Shown: positions 26,234 through 36,443 of the stretch, piece by piece
Layout of the letters: each line of letters begins with the position of its first letter
Numbering within the stretch: position 1 is the first letter of the stretch
Source: Candidatus Uhrbacteria bacterium
GTDB taxonomy: Bacteria; Patescibacteriota; Patescibacteriia; UBA9934; UBA10169
Length of the DNA: 64,000 nucleotides
Reading direction: 5' to 3'
Assembly: GCA_016187485.1 (NCBI GenBank)
Contig: JACPJO010000005.1
Coordinates: forward strand, 7,499-71,498
Notes under the pieces: model-generated
Told to the model about the DNA's origin: nothing
What the model saw: only the letters and a program-made list of their open reading frames with translations
Database searches by the model: none
Made by a program: the position numbers and the translations under genes

Positions 26234-27354
26234 ATGGAGCCAACAACTTGATAGATGGGAGAGATAATGGAGTAAGCAAGAATGCCGACGAAGACACCAA
26301 TACTCAAGATCATCACGGGCTCGATAAGCGAGGAGATATTCCGCACGGAATCGTCTACCTCCTGTTCGTAAAATTGCGCGAGGTAGTCGAGCATCTCTGG
26401 CAATGTTCCCGTTTCTTCCCCAACGCGCACTAACCGAATAGCCATCGGTGGCACGAGATGCGGCATACTTTCAAGAATGTCGGTGAGGGTTTTTCCGCGC
26501 GACACCCCCGCCTGCGCGCTCTCAAATAGTCTGCGGAAGTAAAAGTTCTTCAACACAGATCGCGTAATGGTGAGCGCGTCGTTGATCGGCATACCGCTTG
26601 CGAGAAGCGTGCCCATAAGTCGCGTAAAACGGGCCAGGTTGATATTGCGCGAGAGGTGCCGGATAACCGGCATATGCAAAATGATCCAGTGTGTGATGGG
26701 GCGGAGATGCCGGATGCGCGGAACGACAAGAAAGAGAAGGACAAGCAAGAACAGGCCGGCAAGCACGTAGAGCGGATAGGTCTTTACAAAGCCAAGCGTC
26801 CACAGAATGGCGCGTGTGGTGAAGGGAAGCTCGACTTTAAGCGTCTGAAAGAGAGGAATGATTTTAGGAAGGACGAACAGAAAGATGAATCCACCGATTA
26901 CGATAGCGCCCGCGAGCACAATCATGGGGTAGAGCATGGCGCCGCGCACTTTTTGTTGGAGTTCATGCTGTTTTTGCAGCTGCGTGGCAAGGTGGTTGAG
27001 GTTTGCTTGAAGAGTTCCCGACGATTCACCCGCGCGGATCAAGTTAATGTAGACCGCCGAAAAGACATGGGGGAACTGCTCCATCCCGTCGGCGAGTGTG
27101 CGCCCACTTTTTACGGCGTCTTCCAGTTCGTTGAGGATGGCTTTGAGTGGTCCGGATGACTGCTGAACAAGAATATTGAGCGCTTCATCGATGGCAACCC
27201 CAGAGCGCAGAAGTACCGCAAGATACTTCGTAAGCAACATGCGCTCGGTGTGTGAAAGACGCACAAACAGACGCGAACGCAAAGATACTTTTCGCCGCCC
27301 CGTAGATTTCTTCTGTACTGCCCTTTTTGGTTTCTCCTCCTTTTTCTTTGCCAT
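26230..27354 (-). CDS. pilC: Type IV pilus/T2SS platform protein (PilC/GspF)
   Basis: AGESSGTL, YP..VL, VGEETG.L, LIEP. Confidence 0.93.
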   Translation of the reverse strand: MAKKKEEKPKRAVQKKSTGRRKVSLRSRLFVRLSHTERMLLTKYLAVLLRSGVAIDEALNILVQQSSGPLKAILNELEDAVKSGRTLADGMEQFPHVFSAVYINLIRAGESSGTLQANLNHLATQLQKQHELQQKVRGAMLYPMIVLAGAIVIGGFIFLFVLPKIIPLFQTLKVELPFTTRAILWTLGFVKTYPLYVLAGLFLLVLLFLVVPRIRHLRPITHWIILHMPVIRHLSRNINLARFTRLMGTLLASGMPINDALTITRSVLKNFYFRRLFESAQAGVSRGKTLTDILESMPHLVPPMAIRLVRVGEETGTLPEMLDYLAQFYEQEVDDSVRNISSLIEPVMILSIGVFVGILAYSIISPIYQVVGSI

Positions 27355-27356
27355 AG

Positions 27357-28667
27357 CTACTCTTGCATGACGCGAATAAATTCCTCCACAGTTGTATCGA
27401 GAGAAACAATTTTACGAATGCCGTCCTCTTCAATTGTTGTCATACCCTCCGCGAGTGCCTGCCTTTTAATTTCCGCACTGCTTGCGCGCCCGATGATAAG
27501 TTTTTGGATTGCTTCAGAATTTTCCAGCACCTCATAAATACCGAGCCGCCCCCTGTACCCGCTTTGTCCACAAGCGGAGCATCCTTTTGCCTCGGCCACG
27601 GTAACGGAACTTTTCTTTTCAAATAACTTTTCAATGACATTCTCTGCCAGAATTTGTCCGGCTTCCTTCTTTGAAAAAGATTTCTGCCCACGACAGTCAG
27701 GACATGTGCGGCGTACCAAACGCTGTGCGATAGAACAGTTCAATGTGGAAGCGACAAGAAAAGGCTCGACTCCCATATCAATAAGGCGGGGGATCGTTGT
27801 GGCGGAATCATTTGTGTGGAGAGTGGAGAGGAGCTTGTGACCGGTCATGGAGGCATTAACGGCGATTTTTGCTGTTTCTTGGTCGCGGATCTCTCCTACC
27901 ATGATGATGTCGGGGTCTTGGCGCAGCAAGGAACGGAGGCCTGTGGCAAACGTGAGCTTGGCCACTTGGTCCACTTGGCTCTGGTTTACTCCCTTGATTT
28001 CGAACTCCACGGGGTCTTCAATAGTGGAGATGTTTACCTCTCGCTTGTTTAGAATTTCCAAGATGGCGTAGATCGTTGTTGTTTTTCCCGATCCGGTTGG
28101 TCCGGTAGCAAGAATCATACCCCACGGGCGTTTGATAGCGCGCTGCACGCGGGCGAGGTCGTTTGGCGCAAGTCCGAGCTGCTCCAGAGAAAGTTTGTGC
28201 GATTGGCTGGAGAGAAGCCGCAGAACGGCTTTCTCGCCCTGGGTGGTGGGAATGATGGAAGCGCGCACATCCACTGTCTCCTCGCCTACGGAAAATTTAA
28301 ACCGTCCATCCTGCGGAGCATGATGCTCGTCGGTGCGCATGCGCGTGAGAATTTTAAGGCGTGCAATGAGCTGGACGTGCACGGGCAGGGGAATCGTAAA
28401 ATCATCACGGAGAATTCCATCCACACGAAGCCGCAGAAGCCCCTGCTTTTCATCTGGTTCAATATGAATATCTGAGGCGCGGAGTCCATACGCATATGCC
28501 GAAAGCGTTTCAAACAAGCGGACAACAGCATCTTCGGCCCGGGCCGACTTTGCGGACTCAATGAGACTTTCAACGTTCGCACGGCCCGGCGTTTTTCCCG
28601 CAGGAGAAACTTTTACCGCCGAGACGATTTTGTCTTTAGCTTTGACGATTGTTTTTCGGGTAGGCAT
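27357..28667 (-). CDS. pilB: Type IV pilus assembly ATPase (PilB/GspE)
   Basis: ASDIHIEP, GPTGSGKTTT, TIEDPVE, LRQDPDIIMVGEIRD, tetra-Cys motif. Confidence 0.93.
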   Translation of the reverse strand: MPTRKTIVKAKDKIVSAVKVSPAGKTPGRANVESLIESAKSARAEDAVVRLFETLSAYAYGLRASDIHIEPDEKQGLLRLRVDGILRDDFTIPLPVHVQLIARLKILTRMRTDEHHAPQDGRFKFSVGEETVDVRASIIPTTQGEKAVLRLLSSQSHKLSLEQLGLAPNDLARVQRAIKRPWGMILATGPTGSGKTTTIYAILEILNKREVNISTIEDPVEFEIKGVNQSQVDQVAKLTFATGLRSLLRQDPDIIMVGEIRDQETAKIAVNASMTGHKLLSTLHTNDSATTIPRLIDMGVEPFLVASTLNCSIAQRLVRRTCPDCRGQKSFSKKEAGQILAENVIEKLFEKKSSVTVAEAKGCSACGQSGYRGRLGIYEVLENSEAIQKLIIGRASSAEIKRQALAEGMTTIEEDGIRKIVSLDTTVEEFIRVMQE

Positions 28668-28748
28668 ATTTTTCCACAGGGCACGCACCTGTGTACGCAG
28701 ATTTTGCTATAGTATACATGATTTCTTAATTTTTATCTTTCTCATTTT

Positions 28749-29219
28749 ATGCAACAAAGAGGTTTTACCCTTGTTGAGCTCCTCATTGTGATCGCGGTCA
28801 TTGCGATCATCGCGGCGGGAGTGTTCGTCGCTTTGGATCCGGCACAGCGGTTTCAAGAAGCGCGCGATTCGCAACGCTGGAGTGATGTGAGCGCCCTTAT
28901 TTCGGCCGTAAAGACGGATCAAGTGGACAACGGCGGCGCATATCTTGCCTCCATTGCGGCACTGACGGCAGGAAATTATCATGTGATTGGGACAAACGCT
29001 GCCGGATGTAATGCGGGATGTACAGCACAAACGACACAGGCAGCTTGTGTGGACCTTACGGGCCTTGCAACGGAGGGCTACTTGGGGAGTGTTCCAACCG
29101 ATCCGAGCGGTGGCACGGCGGCGTTTACGGATTACTACCTTATGCGCAACGCAGCGGGTGTGGTGACCGTCGGTGCATGTGACCCGGAGGCAGCTGCAGA
29201 TATTAGTATTGCCAGATAG
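28749..29219 (+). CDS. Type IV major pilin
   Basis: QRG|[16 protein letters not shown]; divergent from pilBC. Confidence 0.92.
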   Translation: MQQRGFTLVELLIVIAVIAIIAAGVFVALDPAQRFQEARDSQRWSDVSALISAVKTDQVDNGGAYLASIAALTAGNYHVIGTNAAGCNAGCTAQTTQAACVDLTGLATEGYLGSVPTDPSGGTAAFTDYYLMRNAAGVVTVGACDPEAAADISIAR

Positions 29220-29263
29220 GATTCTTGACACAAGAACCGTGTCGTGGTTTAATTTGCCACGAT

Positions 29264-29434
29264 ATGTCACAAGAAAACCTCATCAAACTTGTGTCCCAGG
29301 GGGACAACACCGGGGCGGGGAAAGGGCACGTCATCTTCTCGCGGAAAAACAAAAAGACGCTCAAGGAACGCCTCGAGCTCTCGAAGTTCAACCCGCTTGT
29401 CCGCAAACACACGGTTTATAAAGAGTCCAAATAA
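29264..29434 (+). CDS. rpmG: 50S ribosomal protein L33 (Cys-free form)
   Basis: KNKK...[18 protein letters not shown]; TTGACA promoter at 29225 and terminator near 29440-29470. Confidence 0.93.
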   Translation: MSQENLIKLVSQGDNTGAGKGHVIFSRKNKKTLKERLELSKFNPLVRKHTVYKESK

Positions 29435-29477
29435 TTTCACACTCCGCCTTTCGTGAAGGGCGGGGTGTTCTATTTTT

Positions 29478-30128
29478 ATGACACGTCTTCTCTCTCTTCT
29501 TGCCATTCTTCTTCTTCTGGGCGCCGGTTGCGCCCCTTCAACCACGACGATCGATACGAGCGTGGACGTAGCGGACCCGGACGACTTACCCGAAAGCGAT
29601 GCCGCGTGGACGGCACACAACAGCATCATCACGGATGGGGTAGATGAAGCGCTTGTGGGAACGTGGGTGCTTGCAGAGCAAAAAGTTGCCGGTGTCACGA
29701 ATCCGTTTGCCGGGCATTATCTGACATTTTCTGCCGACAAAACTCTTTCCCACGACTATAGCACCGAGCGAACGGAGCGTTTGCCGAGCTGCACCGTTGG
29801 AGGAATGGTCGCCGGCACGTTTTTCAGCGAACTGGAAGTGGATCTCGACGTCGTCGGGGACACAGGAGATATTGACCCGTCTTCCGGTGCCGTGAGCACG
29901 CTCTTGTACGTGACGCGTGATCGTCAAAATCCGGAAGTCGAGTGTCCGGGGTCGGATGTCGTCGTACAGTCAAACACGCCCACGCTCCCGCTTGGCACAG
30001 GCCCGCTCCGTACGGGTTCGATGGGGAGCGGCGTTCGCTACACCTACGAAATGGATGATGATTGGCAGACGCTTGTTGTAACGCTCGATCAGCCCTCCGC
30101 CATCTACACTTATAAGAGGATTCAATGA
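29478..30128 (+). CDS. Lipoprotein (lipocalin-like barrel possible)
   Basis: LLLGAG|C lipobox; LVGTW.L motif. Confidence 0.8.
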   Translation: MTRLLSLLAILLLLGAGCAPSTTTIDTSVDVADPDDLPESDAAWTAHNSIITDGVDEALVGTWVLAEQKVAGVTNPFAGHYLTFSADKTLSHDYSTERTERLPSCTVGGMVAGTFFSELEVDLDVVGDTGDIDPSSGAVSTLLYVTRDRQNPEVECPGSDVVVQSNTPTLPLGTGPLRTGSMGSGVRYTYEMDDDWQTLVVTLDQPSAIYTYKRIQ

Positions 30129-31114
30129 TTTTCCTTCCCCCTGCGCCGCTCGAAAATACAACGTACTGCTTCCTCGAGCGGTACGTTTTCAATAAGGAGA
30201 TCGCTTAGGGGAAGAGCGCCAAGCATTTTTTCCACGCGGCTGCGGACCTCCTTATGAGGGATGTGAAACACGGCTCGTTGCGGGTGGAACTCTACCAACT
30301 TTCCGAAGCCTTCGAGTACCGCTTTCGTGTGCGGATGTTCCAGGACGACGGTCACTTCTTTGTAGTCAATCACGCTTCCCACAAGCGTTTCGAGCGATCC
30401 ATCATAAAAGAGAACACCCTTATCAATCACGATGGCGCGCCGGCAGAGCGCCTCTACGTCTGCCATCGTATGGGAGGTGAGAACGATGGTGGTTTTCTTT
30501 TCACGATTCCATGTGTGCAAGAAGTCCCGGATAGACTGTTGGGAGACGACATCGAGCCCGATGGTCGGCTCGTCCAGAAAGAGGACACGCGGATTATGCA
30601 GGAGTGAGTTGAGCAACTCGCACTTCATGCGTTCGCCAAGTGAGAGTTTGCGTACTGGAATTTCCAGCACGTCTTCAATGCGCAAGAACTCGGAAAGCTC
30701 CGACACGCGTTTACGATACGTCTGATCGGGGATCTCATAGATTTCCTTATTGAGAAGGAAACTGTCTTTTGCAGGCAGGTCCCACCACAGCTGATTTTTC
30801 TGTCCCATGACGATGGAGAATTGCCGACGGAAGGCATCCTTACGCTCCCACGGAACGAAGCCCATGACGGTTGCGCTCCCCGATGTGGGCCAGAGGATTC
30901 CCGAGAGCATCTTGAGCGTTGTTGTTTTCCCTGCGCCGTTTGGGCCGAGGAATCCCACGACCTCTCCTTCCTCGATGGAGAACGTGAGATCTTGCACTGC
31001 GGGAACTTCCAGAGACTCCCGATGGACGAGTGATCGAAGCGTTCCCAAAAACCCCGCCTGTTTTTTATACGAGCGATAGGTCTTGGAGAGAGAATGGAGT
31101 TCGATGATGGGCAT
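30122..31114 (-). CDS. ABC-2 transporter ATP-binding protein
   Basis: GPNGAGKTT, LSLGERMK, LFLDEPTIGLD. Confidence 0.95.
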   Translation of the reverse strand: MPIIELHSLSKTYRSYKKQAGFLGTLRSLVHRESLEVPAVQDLTFSIEEGEVVGFLGPNGAGKTTTLKMLSGILWPTSGSATVMGFVPWERKDAFRRQFSIVMGQKNQLWWDLPAKDSFLLNKEIYEIPDQTYRKRVSELSEFLRIEDVLEIPVRKLSLGERMKCELLNSLLHNPRVLFLDEPTIGLDVVSQQSIRDFLHTWNREKKTTIVLTSHTMADVEALCRRAIVIDKGVLFYDGSLETLVGSVIDYKEVTVVLEHPHTKAVLEGFGKLVEFHPQRAVFHIPHKEVRSRVEKMLGALPLSDLLIENVPLEEAVRCIFERRRGKENH

Positions 31115-31133
31115 AGGGGAAAGGTTTGAAAGG

Positions 31134-31931
31134 TTAGGAACTGGCGGAAGTATAGTGCCGCACGGCTTTGTTCCAGACCATGACGGAGGCAGAGAACCAT
31201 AGCAGGGTCAGCCCGATGGCGACTCCCACGAGGATCGGAGATAGTTCTCCAAGAAGGGCGCGAACGGGGAAAGCGACAATCAAGAAAATCGGAATGACAA
31301 AAAGTAAGACGGAGCGAAGCAGGGAGGGGAAAAATTCTGGCGGGATGCGCGCGCTTGCCAGAAAGTGGCGATACAAAAACCACGTGGCATAACCGGACTC
31401 CATCCAGAAGCCCAGAGCAGCGCTCATCAGGTTGAAGGCAAACGCGATCACGATGCCACAAAGGAACAACACGCCTCCCGCAAGCCATCCCTCCCAGGAA
31501 GGTTGCACGGAGAGGGAAGAGAGAGCGTACCATACCATCCATCCAACAACGGGGAGGGTCGTCACGTCAAAGAGATCGAACATATGGAACGCGGCCCAAA
31601 ACAGAGGCGAGAGGGGCTTTGTAAGAATGGTATCGAGCGCCCCAGCATGGATCAGCTCGTGCACGTGGGAGAGGCCGCGCCAAAAAAGCTGAACGATGAC
31701 ATCAATCGCGTTCATGATGGCGAAGAAGAGCAGAAGCTCGCCTTTCCCGAATCCGCCTATACTTTGTGTGTGTGTGAAGAGAGCGACGGTGAAGGCAAAG
31801 AAAATCCCCATGCGCAGAAGTTTTCCGACAAAGAAGGTCAACATATCCAACCGTGAGCTTGATTGGTGAGCCATGTGCAAAACGCTCCAGGTTTTCCAGA
31901 TGCGAAAATATCTACCGACCATAAGCTTCAT
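31134..31931 (-). CDS. ABC-2 permease (DUF990-like)
   Basis: 6 TM, G.LD..L.KP, C-terminal YTSASS. Confidence 0.88.
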   Translation of the reverse strand: MKLMVGRYFRIWKTWSVLHMAHQSSSRLDMLTFFVGKLLRMGIFFAFTVALFTHTQSIGGFGKGELLLFFAIMNAIDVIVQLFWRGLSHVHELIHAGALDTILTKPLSPLFWAAFHMFDLFDVTTLPVVGWMVWYALSSLSVQPSWEGWLAGGVLFLCGIVIAFAFNLMSAALGFWMESGYATWFLYRHFLASARIPPEFFPSLLRSVLLFVIPIFLIVAFPVRALLGELSPILVGVAIGLTLLWFSASVMVWNKAVRHYTSASS

Positions 31932-32709
31932 AAGAACGGACGCCAGCGCGCCAGGATAGCGAAAGGGTGGTAAAGATGAGTGCGACCCAAAACCATTGAG
32001 TCAAAAGAATAGAGAGAATTTCTGGCCATGTGGAGTAATTTCCGAGATATGCTTGGATGGGGGTGTAAAGAATGTAGGCGAACGGTGTGTGCGTCAGGAT
32101 CGCGCGCGCGGACTCTGGAAAAAGCATGAAAGGAGTGTAGATACCACTCAAGAAGTACATGCCGACATACATAAGCCAACGTGGACCAAAAGAGCGGTGT
32201 GTCCAAAACGCGACCGTGCCTACCCCCATGTCGAGCAGAACGGCAATAAGAAGGCCGCCGACAAGAAGAAGGATGAAGAGGAGTAAAGACGTGGTGTTTG
32301 CCGGTGGTAAAAGCTCGATGTAGGGAAAACCAACGACAAGAATGCCGATAATGAAAAGGCCAATGACAGCATTGATAGACCGGAGGGCTAAAGAGCGGCT
32401 AAACCAAAATCCGAAATAGCGGATTGGGCGCAAGAGATAATTTACAAGCCCTCCATCGCTGATTTCGTCGGCGATGGTGTGCATGACTTGGGCGTGGATG
32501 ATAAGCGGAGCAAGAAGGGCGTTTAAGATGATGGTTGTCAACAGAGTCGGTAACGATACGGCGTTTTTAGGAAATGCTTGGAAGAAAAAGAGGAGAGAGC
32601 CGAAAATAATAAGGTCTTGGATTAATGCGAGAACAAAAGGGAGACGATACACAAGTCGCGCGGAAAGAGCTAACGAGAACGTGGTTGTGTATTTCCGGAG
32701 CCATTTCAT
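31912..32709 (-). CDS. ABC-2 permease (DUF990-like)
   Basis: I.DG.L..YLLRP, LSG...P...FP, YEAYGR. Confidence 0.88.
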   Translation of the reverse strand: MKWLRKYTTTFSLALSARLVYRLPFVLALIQDLIIFGSLLFFFQAFPKNAVSLPTLLTTIILNALLAPLIIHAQVMHTIADEISDGGLVNYLLRPIRYFGFWFSRSLALRSINAVIGLFIIGILVVGFPYIELLPPANTTSLLLFILLLVGGLLIAVLLDMGVGTVAFWTHRSFGPRWLMYVGMYFLSGIYTPFMLFPESARAILTHTPFAYILYTPIQAYLGNYSTWPEILSILLTQWFWVALIFTTLSLSWRAGVRSYEAYGR

Positions 32710-32738
32710 AGAAATGATGGAGCGATTATACTACGGAC

Positions 32739-33614
32739 ATGGAAAAACTGCTTTCCTGGTATAAAAAACACGGCCGGAAGTTGCCCTGGCGCCGCACGCG
32801 AGACCCGTACAAGATTCTCGTTTCGGAAGTTATGCTTCAGCAGACGCAGGTGCCGCGCGTCCTTTTATACTACGAAAAATGGCTCACGCAGTTTCCGTCG
32901 TGGAGATCTCTAGCGCAAGCAACGAACGCCCAAGTCATCCGCGCGTGGTCGGGGCTTGGGTATAATCGCCGTGCCCTTATGCTTCGCGACGTGGCAAAAA
33001 CTGTTGTGGGGCAGGGAGTGCCGAAGTCGGAGACGGATTGGCAGAAACTCAAAGGGATTGGGCCGTACACGGCGGCAGCGCTTGCGGTGTTCTCTTTGCG
33101 CACGAGGGCTCTGCCGATTGATGTGAACGTTCGCCGCGTTCTCGGGCGTGTGTTTTTTGGCAAGCCTTACCCAACACCCAAAATAGATCGGCTAATTTGT
33201 GAGAATAAGAGAATAGTTTTTGGACGAGCGCATCAGTTCTACGACGTTCCGCAAGCGTTATTTGATCTTTCCACAATGATCTGTAAGAAGAAACCGCTGT
33301 GCGAGATTTGTCCGTTGCGTACGGAGTGCAAAACGGCGCCAAGATTTCTCTCCGGAGGAGTAAAAACGCCAAAACGTTCTCTTAAGAAATCCCGCGAGCG
33401 TATTCGCATCGGTAAAAAATATCCTGACCGCATTTACCGGGGGCGTATTCTTAAACTGGCGGCCCACATTCGTGGGGTGGGCCTGCGCCATGTGGGTTCT
33501 GTGGTTGATCCGGCCTACACACCACGCGATGCCGCATGGATGACGGCTATGATCGAGCGTCTCATCGCCGATAAACTTGTTGTACGCCGCCGCGGTCGCT
33601 TATTCGTGGAATAA
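32739..33614 (+). CDS. mutY: A/G-specific adenine glycosylase
   Basis: LPWR...DPY.ILVSEVMLQQT, GLGY.RRA, HhH LKGIGPYTA, C..K.P.C..CPL...C. Confidence 0.92.
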   Translation: MEKLLSWYKKHGRKLPWRRTRDPYKILVSEVMLQQTQVPRVLLYYEKWLTQFPSWRSLAQATNAQVIRAWSGLGYNRRALMLRDVAKTVVGQGVPKSETDWQKLKGIGPYTAAALAVFSLRTRALPIDVNVRRVLGRVFFGKPYPTPKIDRLICENKRIVFGRAHQFYDVPQALFDLSTMICKKKPLCEICPLRTECKTAPRFLSGGVKTPKRSLKKSRERIRIGKKYPDRIYRGRILKLAAHIRGVGLRHVGSVVDPAYTPRDAAWMTAMIERLIADKLVVRRRGRLFVE

Positions 33615-33633
33615 CTGCTACAATTTTCCCACT

Positions 33634-34515
33634 ATGTCATCTCCTATCTTTACACGCAATGCGTTTTTGCATTTGCTTGCGTTCATCAGTTTTTATTGGG
33701 CTGTCGTGGGGCTTATCACGCTCTACTTCCAAATTGTCAACGCGCTCTTTCCGGACCCGCTTATCTATCAAGACATGACATTTGGCGCCATGCGGTGGGG
33801 GATTTCTTCGGTGGTTATTGCGTTCCCTGTTTTTGTCGTGACGATGCGGTTCATTCGGAGCCAGGGCATTATTCGACCGCATTTCCCCATATACTTCACG
33901 CTTTTTGTGACGGGTGTCACGGCCATGATTGATTTAGCTACGCTTGTATATCACCTCACCGGTGGGGATCTCACAACGCGGTTTATTTTGAAAGCACTGG
34001 CTGTGCTCGTGGTTGCCGGTTCCGTGTTTGCTTACGAATGGTGGCACTTGAAACATGACGCGCTTCACCCGTCCAAACGCGCACGCTTCATGTTTATCCT
34101 CGTCTATATTTTACTCGCGCTTTCTGTGGTTGACGCATTTTGGGTGATTGGTTTACCAAACGTGCGGCGGTCACAGTCGCTTGATGAACGGCGCGTAAAC
34201 GATCTTCGCTCTTTGCAATGGGAGGTGCTTTCTCTCTACCAACGGGATGGCGAACTTCCTGAAACGCTTGATATGCTTGTGCGCGATCCGGGCACCAGTG
34301 CTGCCTATGAGTATCGGCCACTCGACCTTGCGTCATTTGAGCTTTGTGCAACTTTTGATCGCGCTTCTACAGGAAAAGAATCGCCGCCTTATATGGGCCG
34401 ACCCATTGCGGAAACATCAGACATTTTTACCCATGGGGCCGGATACACGTGCTTTGCGCGCACGGTTGAAGCCGATCCGGCTGTAGCCAATGAAAAAATC
34501 TATCGGCTGAGGTAG
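33634..34515 (+). CDS. Membrane protein (DUF5671-like)
   Basis: 5 TM, G.LTTRF.LK, D.RRV.DL, DP.T...YEY...FELCA.F. Confidence 0.8.
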   Translation: MSSPIFTRNAFLHLLAFISFYWAVVGLITLYFQIVNALFPDPLIYQDMTFGAMRWGISSVVIAFPVFVVTMRFIRSQGIIRPHFPIYFTLFVTGVTAMIDLATLVYHLTGGDLTTRFILKALAVLVVAGSVFAYEWWHLKHDALHPSKRARFMFILVYILLALSVVDAFWVIGLPNVRRSQSLDERRVNDLRSLQWEVLSLYQRDGELPETLDMLVRDPGTSAAYEYRPLDLASFELCATFDRASTGKESPPYMGRPIAETSDIFTHGAGYTCFARTVEADPAVANEKIYRLR

Positions 34516-34535
34516 GGGGAGAATAAGAGAGGTAT

Positions 34536-34613
34536 AAAAGTCGAAAGCGACCCCGTGGGGTCGCTAGGTCCTCCTTCGCCTTGATGGGCTACGGAGGATG
34601 GAGAGAAGGAACG
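34536..34613 (-). terminator. Conserved 3' module copy A
   Basis: CGTTCCTTCTCTC...CTAGC-GACCCC-AC-GGGGTC-GCTTTCGACTTTT on minus strand; 32 nt identical to 46746-46777. Confidence 0.85.
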
Positions 34614-34614
34614 T

Positions 34615-36174
34615 TCAGTCGTTGGGATCCGTGAGCTTGCGCACCCGCATAGCGTGGGTGTCGAACGTGCAGGGCGCGTCCGCGAGCGGGTAGAAGCGCC
34701 AGCAGTCGCGCGCGACGGGCGGCGTATCGCGCGGGGGGAAGCCCGGCACGAGCACGTCGGTCCGCGCGGCGAGGAGCTGGCGGTCGATCTGGTCCTGGGG
34801 CCACTCGAGTTCGTAGCGGAGCGTCTGTCCGCTCTGCACGACCGTGGCCGTGTAGAGCTCTCGGTGCTTCGTGCGGCTGAAGCCATCGTAGGTGGGCTTC
34901 ACGAACTGCCAGCCGCACTCGATGACGCGCGACTGCAGGGCCTCGTAGAACCATGCCTGGCGCACGATGCTCTCGCGCGGCACGGTCTTGGTGCCCTCGT
35001 CTTCGCGCCCCTTCTGTGGCCTCACGGACTTGACGTAGCCGGTGCCCCCTTCCTCCATCTCGGCGGCCAGGATGTGGCGGTACAGGTAGGGGGCGTTCTC
35101 CGGCGTGAGGCGCCGGAGGAGGTTGCCGAGCAGCTGCTCGCACTCCCGTCCCCACGTGTTCCTGTGCATGTCGAGCAGCAGGTGGGTGGCGATCGTGTAG
35201 GACGAGTCGCACGCGGGCAGCGCGCGCAGGATGTCGTAGCGCACGCCGATCGGGAGGGCGCGGAGGCTCTCCGTGTCGACGTGCTTCGCCGTCATGTTCG
35301 GCTGCGACAGCGCACTCGTCGTCGCCTCGATCATGGGCAGGGCCCAGTCGAAGCCGACCCGGGCGAGCGCCATGAGCTCCTTGATGCCCTTGTTGTAGAA
35401 CGCGTTGTGGGGCGGAGGTGGCGGGTTGCCGGCCTGGAGGTGCGCCGCGAATGCCGTAGCGAGCCACCACCGGTGAACGAACGCCAGCGGAGCCCGCCGT
35501 GCGCACTCCGTGACCATCTTGCGGAAGTCGTTCACGTCCTCGAAGCAGGGCCAGAGGGAGGCGGCCCATCCATCGGAGGAGTCGAGGAACTTCCCGGCGA
35601 ACGAGCCATCCGTGTTCGTCGTGATGAGCTCCCACACGATCTCGCGCATCATCTGCTTGCCGTCCCGGTGGGTCAGGATCACGTCCGTGAGCCACGTCGG
35701 GTCGTGGGAGCGGCGGAGGATGTGCGTCCGCGCCGTCTCCACGCGCTCCTCGATCGGGAGCCAGGCGAAGAGGATCGGCAGCTCCTGCACGATCTCCGTC
35801 ATCTGGGTCCACGACGTGTCCGTCGTGAGAACCCGTGCGAGTGCCGCACGGTCTGCCTCGGGCAGGATCGTTCCGAGGTGCTCCAGACTCTGCAGGACCC
35901 AGCAGAGCCCGTGGGCCTGCGTGATGTCCTCGGGGAGGTTGCACTCGCGGTCGCGCTCGATCGCGGTCAGGATGTCCGCCAGCTTGAGCGTCCCCGTCTC
36001 GTCGCGAACCGTGAGGTCGGGGTGCAGCATGAAGCGCGCCTGGCGCGTCTTCTGTGCCTTCTTCTCCTTGATGGCCTTGTCGCGGGCCTGCTGGTACTCG
36101 AGGAAGCTGAACCCGCGATTTTCGAGATCCTTCCGGATTTCCTGCATCTCCTCACTGTTGAGCTCGATGTCCAT
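34615..36174 (-). CDS. GC-rich orphan protein (519 aa)
   Basis: Strong G/C-ending codon bias in this frame, AAAGG RBS, own promoter and terminator; no recognisable domain. Confidence 0.8.
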   Translation of the reverse strand: MDIELNSEEMQEIRKDLENRGFSFLEYQQARDKAIKEKKAQKTRQARFMLHPDLTVRDETGTLKLADILTAIERDRECNLPEDITQAHGLCWVLQSLEHLGTILPEADRAALARVLTTDTSWTQMTEIVQELPILFAWLPIEERVETARTHILRRSHDPTWLTDVILTHRDGKQMMREIVWELITTNTDGSFAGKFLDSSDGWAASLWPCFEDVNDFRKMVTECARRAPLAFVHRWWLATAFAAHLQAGNPPPPPHNAFYNKGIKELMALARVGFDWALPMIEATTSALSQPNMTAKHVDTESLRALPIGVRYDILRALPACDSSYTIATHLLLDMHRNTWGRECEQLLGNLLRRLTPENAPYLYRHILAAEMEEGGTGYVKSVRPQKGREDEGTKTVPRESIVRQAWFYEALQSRVIECGWQFVKPTYDGFSRTKHRELYTATVVQSGQTLRYELEWPQDQIDRQLLAARTDVLVPGFPPRDTPPVARDCWRFYPLADAPCTFDTHAMRVRKLTDPND

Positions 36175-36196
36175 GGTCGGTCTGCCTTTCTGGTGC

Positions 36197-36252
36197 GAAA
36201 TGCACCTTTCAAGGCAGGGCCACCATCGGCCCTACCTTGAAAGGTGCATTTC
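36197..36252 (-). promoter_or_regulatory. 25-bp hairpin in 5' leader of orphan gene
   Basis: GAAATGCACCTTTCAAGG(C)AGGGCC-6 nt-GGCCCT(A)CCTTGAAAGGTGCATTTC. Confidence 0.75.
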
Positions 36253-36369
36253 ACGCCTTCAGGGGGCCGACGTCCTACAATTTTACGGTGGACGTTGGAA
36301 GTAGGATCTAACTACATAACATGGGAATGTCCTGTTTTCTCCTCGGCTTGCTTGCCGAATGGAGGTGAC

Positions 36370-36398
36370 AGAATACCAAAAAACGGTCGAAATGTCAA
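36370..36398 (-). promoter_or_regulatory. Sigma70 promoter for orphan 34615-36174
   Basis: TTGACA-17 nt-TATTCT with extended -10 TG. Confidence 0.7.
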
Positions 36399-36443
36399 TA
36401 CATAATGGAAGACTCCGTCCGTGATACAATTTCTGCAATATCT

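Noticed and set aside
34589-36240. Long overlapping ORFs (34654-36240 +, 34589-35944 -) over the orphan gene
   Set aside because: Shadow ORFs expected from extreme G/C third-position bias; skewed Arg/Pro/Ala or Val/Leu composition and no expression signals
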